DNA from: Podarcis bocagei | Taxonomy: Eukaryota | Reading direction: 5' to 3' (one strand) | Length of the DNA: 64,000 nucleotides | NCBI GenBank assembly: GCA_964188305.1 | Contig: OZ076890.1 | Part shown: in pieces, positions 36,961-50,292 of the stretch | How positions within the stretch are numbered: position 1 is the stretch's first letter | Layout of the letters: every line of letters starts with the position of its first letter | Made by a program: the position numbers and the translations under genes | Notes under the pieces: model-generated | The model's database searches: none | What the model was told of the DNA's origin: nothing | What the model saw: the letters and a program-made list of their open reading frames with translations, nothing else

Positions 36961-37583
36961 AAATGTAAAGAAAAAGAAGGCACCTTTTATCATATGTGGT
37001 GGCCTTGTAAGGTAATAATAAAATCATATACAATGTGATAAAAAAATGTTCAGATTAACTTTTGTAAAAAACAAAAAACAGAGACTTTTTTATTAGGAAT
37101 TATAGGTGCTGATATTCCAAGGGGGCAGAAAATACTTTTTATGTATGCGACAACTGCCACACGGATCTACTAGCCCAGAGATGGAAAGAAGACCAAGTTC
37201 TTACCAGAGAAGAATGGCAAATTAAACTGTGGGACCATGCTGAAATGGCAAAACTGAAGGGAAAGCTCAGGAACCAAGAAGACCAAAACTTCAACAAAGA
37301 ACAGGGAAAATTTATAATTTATCTTGGAGACCACTGTGAGCAGATGAAAACATTATCAGGATTGCAATAACACTCATAATGTACCAAGTACTATGGAGAC
37401 AATGGAGTTATATAAACTATAGAATATTGGAAAAGATGCAGCAGAAAAGGTTTAAATATACAGTGGGACCCATGGAGGGGAGGTCAGAAGTCCAGCGATT
37501 CGGAGGAATCTGTAAATGTGGATGTGAATGGATGTATTGTTATAAATATATACTTGTAAAGCCAAATAAAAAATATTTTTTAA
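36961..37583 (+). mobile_element. L1-clade LINE, 5'-truncated 3' end
   Basis: Encodes KCKEKEGTFYHMWWPC (ORF2 Cys-rich motif) ...FLLGII...LFMYATTATRI...AQRWK; AATAAA plus A tail; TSD AAAAGATGGCAAGAAG/AAAATATGGCAAGAAG. Confidence 0.88.
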
Positions 37584-38715
37584 AAAATATGGCAAGAAGG
37601 CAACAAAGGTTCATCTTACTCTAGAATGCTATCCTTCGTATTGGAACTGTCTAAAACAAGAGGAAATTTTATTCAGTTTGAATGCTTGAGTGACAGATTA
37701 TTTAGCAGATTGTCTTTCTGAAGCCTGGTTCTCCCCCATCTCTTCCAGTGAATCATCTACTCTGCACCATCCCTCATTTATCTCTGTATCTGTAACTCTC
37801 AGGAGAAGCAGGGGGCAGGGTGTGTGTGTGATTCTTTCCTCCTTTAATTGTACAGCACTCCTGGCACCATCCCACCTCAAAGGCAAAGTTCCATTGGAGC
37901 CAACTGCTTCCATTCTAGCCTAAAACCTGCCATTGATAAAGGGAGTTGTTGTCTTTTCTTCCTCAGGACATCGGCCAGCTGCTTCGCAGCAGAACTAGCA
38001 GCATACAAAGGAACAAGTTGTAAATGTTGGAGAGGCTCCTCGCCCCACAAGATAGTTTCCTGCAGAAATGCCATCTGTGGTTGTTTTCTCATCCAAAAGC
38101 TCTTTCTTGTTCATTGTCTGCATCCATCCAATAAAATAAAGGGGGGGCGGGCGGGTTGCTATTACAACCGAGTTTCCACAGGCCACTTAAATTTGCCTAA
38201 AAGGGGGAAAGGCATCGCCTGAAGAAAGGAGGGTCAGGATTTGCATAAGATTTGCATGTACCCATTTATGTGTATAGATGCAAACAGAGGAATCATCACT
38301 ACTATATAAATAGAAATAAAAGTCCCAAGTGGCTTCTGAGTGTAACCTGAGTCATCTTTATAATAGGAAGGACCAAACTCCAAACACAAACATTAATGAC
38401 AAATGGAGTTCAGTAGTTGTTTTTATAAAGACCCCTATGTCACAGAGTTAAACCCACAGTTTAAAAGGTTAGCATAAACACACACACACACACACACACA
38501 CACCATAGTTAATTATCAAGACAGCATTGGCGACACCACATGGCTGGTGTTAGAAGTAGAGGAGAGCAACTCCCTCACCCCGAGGCACCTCAATTAAAGG
38601 CAAAGTTGGAATCCGTTTCCTTTCACACTCTGACAAGCACCTAGCATTTTTGCTTTGATGCAGCAATTGAAAGCCTAGCTTTTAAAGGAGAGCGACTCAG
38701 ATTTTTTACATATAT

Positions 38716-39340
38716 TGTCACACACCAGCCCAGTCTCCGAGAGGTGTGAGATTCCAGGGGTTCCAGGCAGTTACCCAGGGTTCCTCTTTTCCTCTTGGAA
38801 ATAAGGCACAGCGGAGAATGTGGTGTCTTTAGGATATATGGTTTATTTGCACATATATACAACCTGAGCCTGCGATGGAGGGGTTTGAGGCATGAACACT
38901 TTGAGAGGGTCCTATTTCTCCCCTTGCTGCAGCCTTGGATTCAGAAAGAGATCAAGCATGGCTCTGATCCTCCTCTTTAGCTTGCTGCATTTTAACAGAC
39001 TGCCATTTTCCCCTCTAGCTTGCTGACACAACTGTTTTTTCTCCAACCCACAGCATCCCCAACCACAATCCCAAATACAACTCCTCTCCTTCTAACTCTA
39101 AAAAAAACACAAAAAAACAAATGCTCCTGCAAAGGCTTTTGTCTTTCTAATTAATTATGAGTTGTGGGAAGGGCCTCTCCCACTTGCTCTCTGGCCCAGA
39201 GCCATTCCCTTTGTGCCCCTAACGACTCATCTTTAGAGGGTCATTATCAGGCTATTTCCTGGTTTGTATTTTAACATGCTAAATCCAGTGTGTGGCACCC
39301 AGGAATTAGATTGGGGGAGGGCTCCAGGCACCCGCAAACA
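38716..39340 (-). mobile_element. Solo LTR, family B copy
   Basis: TGTCAC...AAACA termini; TSD ATAT/ACAT; colinear with 17753-18361. Confidence 0.75.
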
Positions 39341-39410
39341 ACATACTATGTGAAATTTTTGCAATGTGATGCTTACAAACATCCATGTTTTTAGATCTCT
39401 ACAGTTTTTC

Positions 39411-39442
39411 AGATAGATAGATAGACAGATAGATAGATAGAT

Positions 39443-39489
<47 letters not shown>

Positions 39490-39492
39490 GAT
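39411..39492. repeat. (GATA)n microsatellite
   Basis: Direct reading, with a few interruptions. Confidence 0.95.
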
Positions 39493-40648
39493 ACACAACT
39501 AAGTTTTAGTCAGAGGAGACCCACTGAAATTAATAAACAAGATTAAGTTAGGTCCATTCATTTCAATGAGTTTACTCTGAGTAAAACTTAGCTGAATATC
39601 ACTCATGTTTTTAAATATATATTTCTGTTGTGCACCGCTTGAAAAACATTAGCGGGGAAGTGGTTTAGAAGCATTAAATAGATAAACAAATAATGTTGAC
39701 CCTGCAAGACATAGGAACTTCTCAAAGTTGTGTTAAGAGCTAGGCCCTCCCCCCCCCCAACCTAGGGAAATAGCAGGACCAAAATTTTACTCAACCGAGC
39801 AATAGACTGGAGCCTCCCAAACTGATGAAACATCATTCCCAGTTTACAGATTTGATGGGTGCAAGATACTTTAATCACTTCCTCAAGTTGGTCAATGTCA
39901 AGGCTGAGTAATGTCCACTTTGCCTTTACGCTCCCAGGATGGCTGATTTCAAGAATGTGAGGACCAGGTAAATACTGAAGAGCAGGCTTGGAAACTTGGT
40001 AAAGATTGCCACCGCCTAAGATGTAGATCTGAAGTTCAGAGAGTCTGCCAAGCTTCGCAAATTCAACAACCGCTCCTTGGATTTACTTTCCAGATTTTGC
40101 TGCAAGAGCAAACCAGAAGTGTTAGATTGGGGTTTAATTCGGGGGCAACAACACATTCCTGAAGATGCAGTGAGGTCACAATCAGCAAAACTTCTCAGAT
40201 TTTCAGCCTTTTGAGAAGACTTAAGCTATCTCATCTGCATTATAGTGCCAAGAGCAGTCTGGCTCTGTCATGTCTCACCTTAGGCAGCAGCAGCCCTTCC
40301 CTGGATTGCGCTGGGGTGAGATCTGTTAGGAGACCCCTATTTCCCTCACAGAGTTACAATCAACAGAGTGAATTACAAATCAGTCCATCTTCACAGGGAA
40401 CTCTGAGAAATGTAGCTCTGTTAGGGGGCTAGGATGACTCTCGGGATCCTTAATGAACTACAGCTCCCAGGATTCTTTGGGGGAAGCCATGATGACTGTT
40501 TAAAGTGGTATCAGAGTGCTTTCAATGTATGGTGTGGCCAGAGAGTGTTGCCTTCCCTCTTCCCTCTACTACTACTAAAATTAATAACAAATGTCTTGAC
40601 ATTAAGTTTCATTGGTTTCAAAAAGGGCCTGCTCTGGAACATCTTATA

Positions 40649-40885
40649 CAGTGGTAACTCTGGTTACGTACTTAATTCATTCCGGAGGTCCGTTCTTAAC
40701 CTGAAACTGTTCTTAACCTGAAGCACCACTTTAGCTAATGGGGCCTCCCGCTGCTGCCGCTGTCGTGCAATTTCTGTTCTCATCCTGAAGCAAAGTCCTT
40801 AATCCGAGGTACTATTTCTGGGTTAGCGGAGCCTGTAACCTGAAGTGTCTGTGACCTGAAGCGTCTGTAACCCAGAGTACCACTG
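40649..40885. mobile_element. Tc1/pogo-like MITE (third copy of the 8846 family)
   Basis: TA-CAGTGGTAACTC...GAGTACCACTG-TA. Confidence 0.9.
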
Positions 40886-40951
40886 TAAAACCTTCTCCAC
40901 TTTCTGCCTGCACAGCTGTCCTTTGAGTCATAAGGATTTTTCACAATGATT

Positions 40952-41949
40952 TGTAAAGTTCTGTGTCTTCTGAGCTCTGGGAAAGCAATGACCGCTCCCC
41001 ACATCAAATGGGGGGGCGCCTTTTGCGTGGGTGCACACAGCCCCCCGGATCCCATGCGGCTCTGGGCAGAACAGGCTGGCTTCACCCTCCCCAGGCTGGA
41101 TACCTGGAGGTCTCCGCCTACTTCAGCCAGTTGCCCAATCCCACCTGAGGAGGTGTTGCCAGAGGATGAGCCAGGTAGGGTGAGGGACTGCCCTGGCCAC
41201 ACAACAGAGGGTGGATCTTACCTGGGAATCATCAGTTGGCTCCAGAGCTTTTCCCACCCTGCCCTCCCTCAGTTAAGCCTTCTTTTGCAGGTAACCTCTT
41301 CTCCACAGGTACGTGGGCGCTGCTATGTCATGGTCGCTGTTGAAGGGCCGGAAAGGAATTTTCCTGCATTGGCAGGTTTTGCCTTCCCCGTAGCAAAACG
41401 TCACAACTTTGGAGGTTTCAGGCCTTGCACGGAATCCTTTAGTCTATCTTCCCTAAATGGGAGGGAGGGCGTGAAGCGCGACTCACGCCCCCTTGCAGTG
41501 GCAATCCCAGAGTTCCCTGTTAAAGGGGTCTTGAGGGGAGGCATTGGCCATACGCTGAGAGGTTGTCATTGCTCTTCTCTACAACGGCGGCGAAACGGAG
41601 GGCAAGCTCTCTGTTTGAGCATATGTTCTCCAGAGCCACTCCAATCCCCACACATTCTGGATAACCCTGATGTCCCCCAGATCCCCAGCTGGGGACTGGG
41701 AAGGATAAACGCCCAATGCCTGAGCCAAGGTCTCCCTACATCTGAAACTTAATAAAGTTGTGGCCAATTTTAATCCCAGAGCACATTGTCTTGAGTCATT
41801 ATTCCACTTGGGAGTCGCCTGGGGTTGGGGGGACTCCGCCAGTCCATCCAAATGGGGAGCTCCTTCCTCAGTTTGATTCTTTCCTAAATCTTGGCTCAAC
41901 AGAGGAGTCCTTGGCAAAAGAGCCAAGAAACTCCCCAAGCAGTTGAACA
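40952..41949 (+). mobile_element. Probable LTR/DIRS-type retroelement terminal fragment
   Basis: GC-rich block with AATAAAGTTGTGGCC at ~41751; candidate TG...CA ends but no matching TSD, so boundaries are uncertain. Confidence 0.4.
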
Positions 41950-42033
41950 AAATATGATGTTTTGGTGCAGTCTAAACAATTGGGGGGGGGGGAAGTAGGG
42001 GACTTTTGTACAAAAAGTTGGAAATGGACAAGA

Positions 42034-42250
42034 AAGCCAATGTGGTGTTATGGTTAGAGTGTCAGACAAGGACATGGCAGACCAGGGTTCAAATCCTCAC
42101 TCAGTCATGAAGCTCACTGGGTGACCTTGGGCCAGCAGCTTCCTCCTGGCCCTACCTCACAGGGTTGTTGTGGGGAGTAATTGACATGGGAGAGAACCAG
42201 ATATGCCATCCTGAGCTCCTTGGAGAAAAAGGTGGGATATAAATGCAATA
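42034..42250 (+). mobile_element. tRNA-derived MIR/CORE-like SINE with L2-type tail
   Basis: A-box TGGTGTTATGGTTAGAG, B-box GGTTCAAATCC, GGGTGACCTTGGGCCAG...CCTACCTCACAGGGTTGTTGTG core, followed by (GAAT)n. Confidence 0.8.
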
Positions 42251-42614
42251 GAGAAATTCAATGAATGAATGAATGAATGAATGAGGGGGGGGAGGGTTGA
42301 TAGCAAGGGAAAGCATAACCCCTCAACCTGTCACAGAATGGTAACCAAGAAAAGGATAGGCTTACTGTTTGCCTCTGTGGCTTGTGGCCTTGGCTTGGCT
42401 AGAGCAACTAGCCTCTCTGAGGCTACGGCATTCTTTGCTGCCTGAGTCACCTGAAGAGAAGAGAGAAGGATGTCGTATTCCATGGATGCTCTACATCTGT
42501 GCGCCAGGACTGCACACAAGCAAAGAGAGGGTGGCAGGTGGCACGAAGGAACAGCAAATCAAATTCCCCTTGCAGCAGCTTTCCAAAAATTATGCCCAAC
42601 AAGGTTCACTATTT

Positions 42615-42990
42615 GTTGGCATCCGTTTGTCTTAAGAGACAGTGGAGTGTGCCTCTGGGGGTGAAGTCAAACCGCTGCATTAGCAGCACCCAAATGACCT
42701 ACCTGGGGTGCAAGCCTGGGCAGTGTGTATGGAGGTCCTGCGCTGCCCAGATGCCAAGACCTGCCACCTCTCGGCCTCACTGATGTGGTCCAAAGTGAAG
42801 CAAAGCAATGCGTTTGGCACCAGCTTGGCTGCAGGAGTTGCTGGAAGGAGGCGTACAAGACGTCAACCAACCGTCTTAGGGACTCTACTCTGGATTTGTG
42901 TAGGGTTGTGGAGGCGCATCCACGCACCTCTTTTCCCCGCTCTGACTGGCAGCGGCTCGGGCTGTCCTCTTTTTTGCTCTTCAAGATATG
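42615..42990 (-). mobile_element. RTE-derived non-autonomous repeat (second copy)
   Basis: Aligns by eye with 2235-2450; the reverse strand ends GACAAACGGATGCCAA, an RTE-like 3' terminus. Confidence 0.55.
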
Positions 42991-43706
42991 GCCACCCTAA
43001 TGCTACTACTACAGAGAATGATTGCTAAACCCATTGAACAATCTGCTCTGAAGATACGCTCTGTCACAGGGATAGAGAACCGATGTCACTCAAATCTTGT
43101 TAGAACACAACTCCCATCAGCTGCAGCCTGCATGGCCAATGGCCAGGGATGATGGGAGTTGTAGTCTGGTACCTTCTGGAGGGGCACAAGAACCCCATCC
43201 CTGTCATATTAGGATTCAGGAATGAAGAAGAGGCTGGATGAGGGAAAGCAGGATCATGAGGAGAGACAACGTAATAATATTCATGCAGCAAAGAGTACAC
43301 AAGCAAGAACCAGGGGAGGCAGAGGTGGCGTGGTGGACCAATTGAACGGATGGAAGGGAAGGAAGTTACATGACAAGATGAGGGTAGTTTGGCAGGTGGC
43401 ATGGAGCTGAGAGTGGAAGGAAGGTCAACAAAAGAGGGGCACAAGTTGGAGCATATAGAGGGCAACCCAAAAGCCAATGATCAGAAGCAAAGATTTGATG
43501 GTTTCTGCTTTCTGCACATAAAAATGCTTCTGCTCATTGCTCTGTGGATTTCTACTGCATATGTAGCCAACCTGTGGCACAGGAAGTGGACTCATCATGG
43601 TGACATTGGCTTGTCTCTCTCCCTGATGGCAGCAGCTGATGTGGAGTAGAAGCTCTTGACCATGCTAGGTGTGGGGCAGGTGGGCATGGTTTTTGAAAAG
43701 CAGCCT

Positions 43707-44035
43707 TGTTATGTACTGAGTTGAATAGGATCCAAAATGCAGCAGTCCTAGAACAATAGGATTCAGTATGCAGCAGTCTGATTGGTCCTAGAACAATAGG
43801 ATTCAGAATACAGCAGTCTGATTGGTCCACAGGAGCCACCCAATCCAGCTCCAGGTGGAAGTGAATCCGCAACCTGATTGGCCTACAGGAGAATCCCGGA
43901 ATTAGTCAATCACATGGGGCCCATTGTGTAAATAATGTATATAAAGCAGATATTCTGGGGGAACTTCCATTCCTCCTCTCCACTATGAGCTGAATAAAGA
44001 GCATGAAATCCACTCTGGACTCTGAGTATATTTCA
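43707..44035 (+). mobile_element. Solo LTR (329 bp) with multiple CCAAT boxes
   Basis: TG...CA termini; TSD AGCCT/AGCCC; repeated CTGATTGG and CCTAGAACAATAGGATTCAG units; TATATAAA at ~43938 and AATAAA at ~43993. Confidence 0.85.
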
Positions 44036-45024
44036 AGCCCCATGGGCCAAATCTGGTTCACGGTCTGGAGATTCCCAACACCTGCTATAGAGAGGGAAGG
44101 GAAGCTTTATTCGAATGTTACAGCAACAGGGTATGAGGCTGCCACAAATGTCTGTAAGCAGCAAGCCAACATGGAGCAGCTACATCATCGTGTGGAATCT
44201 CAACTGCAGGGAAGCATTAGGGTCAATCACGCCAGATGGGCCAAAAAGGAGGCAGGCTAGTGAAGGATTTACATACCACAGAATAAGGGGAACGATGGAA
44301 TTCCCAGCCAGCTGGGCAAGGCCGAGGCCGTGCCAGCTCCTTCAACCTGGGTGATGCCTGCGCCCTCAGAGCTGCCTCTGTCACGAACCATTCAGCGGTG
44401 GGTCTGGGTTTGCCAACAAAAGGAAAACAGCAGCAACGCATGAGACAATATGTCTCTCTCAGACATCTAATAAAATTGATGGCAGGAAACGTAAGGCATA
44501 TTAAAGGAAATAGTTCATACACAGCCTATGGAACAGCTTGCCACATGGTTTTGCAATGTCTGCAATATAAATGCTTCCCCCCTCCTTTTAAAAGAACTAG
44601 ATCAGTGGTGTGGAATCTCTCCAACCTACAGCACAGATAAGGCCCACATCAAGATTTGATCTAGCTCTCTGGGTCTCCTCCTACACACACCAGCTATTTA
44701 GAGGCCAAGGAAGAAATCATGCAGTTGCAGCTCCTATCGCTGCAAGAAGATCAAAGTCTAGGAGGAAATGTCTCAAGAGACTTGTGTTCCTTGACAAACG
44801 GTGTCACTGCATTTTGCAGTTGCGTGCCTGCAATTTTCAGGATGCAATTGCATTTTGAGGCTGGGGGCTTTGAATAGCTGTAAGGCAGAGCCTGCAGTTG
44901 TGCACAGATGTTATTTACATGTTATTTGCTTTCTTTGGCTGCGATTACTGAATTCTTGTTGACTTTTGTACAGTCGGTACAGATAAAGGACAGATAACAT
45001 TGTTTAGTTATTGCATCTTAGGGC

Positions 45025-45380
45025 CCAACCCTCCAAGTGTAGGGTTGCAATACTCCCCAAAGGGAAAATCTGGACAAAGTTGTTGACAGAAGCCGTCCTG
45101 GTTTCTGATTTGATCCCAGAATGTCCCATTTTCCTTAGGGTGTCCCTATTTCATTGGAGAAATATTGGAGGGTATAGCGCTATCCGACCCCTGAAGGCAA
45201 TCCTGCACAGTATAGGGAAGGGGTTTTTTAATGTTTAATGTTCTATTATGTTTTAATATACGTTGGAAGCTGCCCAGAGTGGCTGGGGCAACCCAGTAAG
45301 ATGTGTGGGGTATAAATAGTAAAATGATCATTATGGAATGGGATGTCCCTATTTTCACAGGAGAAATGTTGGAGGGTATG
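45025..45380. mobile_element. Non-autonomous DNA transposon (10798 family) carrying an internal LINE tail
   Basis: Same body as 10798-10978, but ~150 bp including GGAAGCTGCCCAGAGTGGCTGGGGCAACCCAG...GGGGTATAAAT lies between the duplicated right ends. Confidence 0.65.
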
Positions 45381-48300
45381 CATCTAGTCCGAAGCAGCCT
45401 TGAAATGATTGTTTGAATCTACTGCTCATGCGTTTTATAATACAGGTAAGGTAACAGGCAATAGCAGCCTCTGGAAGGGCTGATAATTGTAAGATCACTG
45501 CAGGCAAAGAGGGAGGGGGAATCAACGGTATTCTCCCCTGATGCAGTCCTGACCAAAATCAATTTTCATCAGAGAAATGTTAGAGGGTATGCAGCTCCCA
45601 TCACTGCTCTAGCCTCCCCAGCTCCTGAACAAGAAGCCTGGACTGCAATGCACACATTCTAGGTGTGGATTTGGATACCGCCAGCTATGGCCCTACAATG
45701 GTGAGATCACAGGACTGTTTCGTACTGGGGGAAACCACAATCACCAGACTTATTGCCCTGCCAGGCTTTGATTCTCCTGAGCTTTTTAGGTGCATTTTCC
45801 TCCTGCTGTATTATGCTGCTTTTTGTGGTTTTTAGTTTATAGTTAGTATTGCACTTACATTTTAATTCCTTCATTCCTTCTGGTAAACCACCCTGGAGAA
45901 ATCATTGAAGGGTGGCATAAAAAACACAAAGATCTAAAGGACAGCGAATCTTGCTCTGAAACTGTGTTGCAACATAATAAAATTGGTTGTCCAGCTTTAG
46001 CATGCCGTTCCCTTTCTCATATATGTGCATACTGAGTTAATTCGGTCATTGTAAACAAATCCATCAATCCAGGGTGGATTTTTATTTGTCTGAAGTCTGG
46101 TCACTTTATTCCTCACCTGTCTGCTTTATAACGTGGATGTACGGTTTTGCATTTAGCCAGCTCTTCTAGCCTAGGAGTTAAGACTGAAGAGAAGTATTTA
46201 AATATATTTACATGTATTTGTGTTAGTGGGCCTTTTATATATAAAGTTTTATTAAGACTTTTCACAATACAATAAAACAACAAACTAATCTAAACCAAAA
46301 AAAAAATAAGAGAGAGAAAGAGGGAGGGAGGGAGGGAGGGAGGGAGAGGGAGAGAGAGAAATACTATCTCACCAGTATATCCTAATTTTTATCCCATACG
46401 GAGAAGGATGCACCCTCCCATCTCTTGCCTTGCAGCATCTCTTTCCTTCCCCTGCCTCTCACCCTGGGAGACCCTCCCTTCCCTGCCTCTCACACAGGGT
46501 CTTTCACCCACCGTCCAACATCTTCATCTGCCTGCAATTTTACCAAAAGACAGTAAGAGTGAATATTAAAGACAGAGAGAATATTAAAGGAAATATCTTG
46601 GGCTTTGTCATTCCCAGTGCCTGGGGCAACGCCACCATCTCTCTTCATTGGACAACGTACCCCTTCTCCTTCAAGAGTCAGGGCTTGCTTGCCCACATTT
46701 GTCTTGCACATAGAATACCTGGGTCCAAGTGGTTTCCCACTTGACCTATGCTTTTGAGACATGGGTCTGAGTGGTTTTCCCCTTGCCTGGCCGCTTTCAC
46801 AGAGTAAACTCATCCTTTAGTGATATATAGGAGCAAATGTCAATCTGGAGAAAACCGAAATTGCTGTTTGGTCCAATTGAGCACTAAAGAGCGGTTTTCC
46901 CTGGGAGATAGCAACAAGGCACGAGGAAGTGTGGATAAACAGTGCCCATTTAAATAGTGCCCATCAATCCAGCAAGTTAAATTTCCACTGCGATGGTAGA
47001 AATAAGGCAGGCCAGAATCCTCGTCACACACGGCCCTGGCTTTGTTCTACGAAGCCCTGTCAAATTTCTGTCTCTGCCTCCGCCTTTCCCCTTCTCTTAA
47101 AAAACACCCTAGGCAGCAATGGGAAATGGAAATGGTGGTGGTGATGCCAACGCGACCTGCCTTAAAGTAGGCTAGGATTCAGTAAATGTTCCAAAAGCAA
47201 GGATGGGGAACCTGCAGAACTCCAGATGCGGCTGGATGACAATTCCCACCTGCCCCTATCAGCATGGCCAATGGTCAGTCATGACAGGAGTTGTCACCCA
47301 AGAACATCTGAAAAAGCACAGGTTCTTGGCCACTCTTCTAAAGCATAAGAGCCAGAAGGAGCCTCAGAGGGTGGCAAGGCTGAGGATTTGCCAAAGCCCC
47401 AGGCCAGCTGAGGATCCACTGTGCTAAAAACAACACTGCTGTTTCCACTTTACACAGAGTAGCCAAAGTACTAGCTCTCCTGGGATAAAGGGTAGCACAG
47501 AGGTTACCATGCCCCAAACTGCCACCCCCCACCCGAATTCTGTTGTCAGCACTGATCAGAGCACAAATACTTGACAACTTGCCTGGGACTGTGCCTCTAC
47601 GTTCCGATGTATTCCTAGGGAGAGACAGGGGGCGGGGAGAGTGTGTTAAAAGCATTGGCAAAATCACTCCTGTCTCTGTGCCCAGCTCTGATATTCTTCT
47701 AGGCAGATCTACACTCAAACACGCATCTGTTTTATACTGGTTTAAAACTACAGGCTGTTTCTGAGATGAATTGCTGTATTTCCTCCCCCCTCCCCTTAGC
47801 AGTGGCAGTGCTTTATGGCGGAAACTTTCATGCTGGCAGATCTACTAAATCAAATAGTTTCCTGCAGCTTTGCAGCATATAGAAATAAATAAGCTGGCTA
47901 ACTAATGCACAGTGAAATCTGAGACCACAAACGACTTATCCACGCTTACCTTTCCCTCTGCTATTTCCCGGCAGAGGTGTGGACTCTGTGTCTGAGCATT
48001 TTTATTCTGCCCCCCAGATTTCCCTTCCAAAACCCACTCTTGAAAGCTTAATCTGAGCAAACGTCAATTCGGATTTTATGAGGATTACCATTTGCGCCAG
48101 TTGAGCTTTAAAGAGTGGAGGTTTTTTTGCAAGGAAAGCTCTGGAGCAAAAAATAAAATAAAATGGGGGTCTGCTCAGACACAGAGCTTTAAATTGTAAA
48201 CCATGTCTGGAAAGAGCAGAGGAAAGGTAAGTTGTAAGTAAGTTTGATTTAATACAAACATGACATTTCACCCCAACACCAATGAGCATTGATATTGGGA

Positions 48301-49014
48301 CAAAGGACAACAGACATAGTTCTTACCTCTTAAATTGTTGGTTATCTTGCACCTGGCCAAGCATGTTGATCCAATCCTCCGTCCTCTAATCCCATTTCAA
48401 AGGTATGTGTTGCCAGAGCAACCAGCTCTGGAAACGGTGTTCCTTCTAGGAATCACAATTATGTTTCCAGCCAGGTGGTGAATTTTGGCAACTAGATGTC
48501 TTGGGGACGTCTAGGATTTTGGCCTGAGACTTTGTTTTCAGAGGGCCATCTTCAGCCCTCAGGGCACGTGGCCCCAGGATCTCAAGTTTCTGAGGGCCTT
48601 CCTTGGGTGAGAGTGAGGAAAGAAAGGGGAGCAGGTTTTGAAAAAAGTAGTATATAACTCTGCTTACCAAAAACAGTATTCCATACTCCACAACTGTCCT
48701 GGGAAAACCGGGACATCCCATTTTTTCATGTAAGAGCCAGCAGCCATTTTGGATGTTGCAATCTCACACCCCAAAAGTGCTTTTTTCAATCTCACACAGC
48801 ACTCCCAAATGTGTGTTTTTGGGTGCTGTGCTCTCATGGAAGCACACAGTCCTGAAAAAAGCACGTTTGGTGGGGCTGTAATCTCACGCAGGTCATGTGA
48901 CTTGCTCAGAAGCCATGCGGCCTGGTTTTGGGCCTGGACATGTTGGAGGGTATGGTATTCTGATGTGTCGCCAGGTGCTAGATAGATTTAGCTTACGTTG
49001 TTGTTTTTGTTAGT

Positions 49015-49760
49015 AATAAGAGTCCTGTTGCATCAGACCAAAAGGTTATCTTAGTGCAGCATCCTGTGCTCAAAGTGGTCAATCATATACCAATGAGAAG
49101 CCAAAAACAGGAGCTGAGTACTCTCCCCACCTGCAATTTCCGTCAACTGGTTTGCAGAAGCATTACTGCCTTCAACAGTGGAGGCAAAATATACCCTCCA
49201 CAGGTACCCACCGATAGCCTTGTCCTCCTGGATTTGTCTAAACCAGAGGTAGTCAACCTTTTTATACCCACTAATGCATCTTCCTTGATGGTAAAATTTC
49301 CTTACTGCCCACCAGTGCTCGATGGAAGGAGGATTCAGCTTGTGCTGTAGAACCCCCTACCGCCCACCTAGAATCCTGAAACACCCACTAGTGGGCATTA
49401 GGGACCAGATTGACAACCCCTGGACTAAACCTTTTTCAAAGCCAACCAAACTGATGGCCATGACTACACCTTGCGGCAGCAAATTGCGGCATTTACCTGT
49501 GTTTTGTGTGAAGAAGTACTGCCTTTTGTTCATCCTGAAACTCCCACCATTCAAGCATCATTGGATGGCCCCAAGTTCAAGTATTATGAAGAATAAAGTC
49601 TCTGTCCAATACTCCACATCATGCATAATACCATACAATTCTATCATGCCTCCCTTTACTCGGTTTTTTTCAAAACTAAAAAGTCACAACCTTTCCTCCT
49701 AAGAGAGTTGTTCCAGTCCCATGATCATTTTGGCTGCCCTTCCATGACCATCTTCAATAA
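49015..49760 (-). mobile_element. CR1 LINE 3' fragment interrupted by a MITE
   Basis: Reverse translation GGSFRMNKRQYFFTQ...RNLLPQGVVMAISLVGFEKGL. Confidence 0.8.
49244..49422. mobile_element. hAT (Charlie/Buster-like) MITE
   Basis: CAGAGGTAGTCAA / TTGACAACCCCTG termini; TSD GTCTAAAC/GACTAAAC. Confidence 0.85.
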
Positions 49761-49879
49761 ATTCATACCAAGAATGGGAAAGACCTACAAGCTTATAGCA
49801 AACGTAACTGTTAATCATAATAACATATTTTCTGTATTTACAATGAGCTGCTCATCTGATTACTTTGGAAAGGCTATCG

Positions 49880-49921
49880 GTTTGTTTGTTTGTTTGTTTG
49901 TTTGTTTGTTTGTTTGTTTGT
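49880..49921. repeat. (GTTT)n microsatellite
   Basis: Direct reading of the sequence. Confidence 0.95.
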
Positions 49922-49947
49922 TTTAAAGGTGGCTAGCACCATATTAA

Positions 49948-50292
49948 GGGACGCGGGTGGCGCTGTGGGTTGAACCTAGGGCTTGCTGATCAGAAGGTCG
50001 GCAGTTCAAATCCCTGCGATGGGGTGACCTCCTGTTGCTCGGTCCCTGCTCCTGCCAACCTAGCAGTTTGAAAGCACGTCAAAGTGCAAGTAGATAAATA
50101 GGTACCGCTCCAGTGGGAAGGTAAACGGCATTTGCGTGCACTGCTCTGGTTCTCCAGAAGTGGGTTAGTCATGCTGGCCACATGACCCGGAAGCTGTACG
50201 TTGGCTCCCTCAGCCAATAAAGCGAGATGAGCGCCGCAACCCCAGAGACGGCCACGACTAGACCTAATGGTCAGGGGTCCCTTTACCTTTTA
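49948..50292 (+). mobile_element. Sauria SINE
   Basis: GGGACGCGGGTGGCGCTGTGGG...CCTTTACCTTT; TSD CTAGCACCATATT/CTAGTACCATATT. Confidence 0.93.

Noticed and set aside
39830-40230. Coding-looking unique sequence
   Set aside because: Stops in the frames examined and no recognisable protein similarity.
40946-41752. 268-aa ORF
   Set aside because: No recognisable domain, lies in a GC-rich repeat-like segment, and this length is plausible by chance in six frames of 64 kb.
42715-42805. Hammerhead or HDV-like ribozyme (CTGATG...GAA, CTGGGCAG/CTGCCCAG stem)
   Set aside because: I could not build the required core or stems by eye; an Infernal or RNArobo search would be needed.
43738-43885. CRISPR-like or satellite array
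   Set aside because: These are internal enhancer-type repeats of a solo LTR in a eukaryotic genome, with no unique spacers or cas genes.
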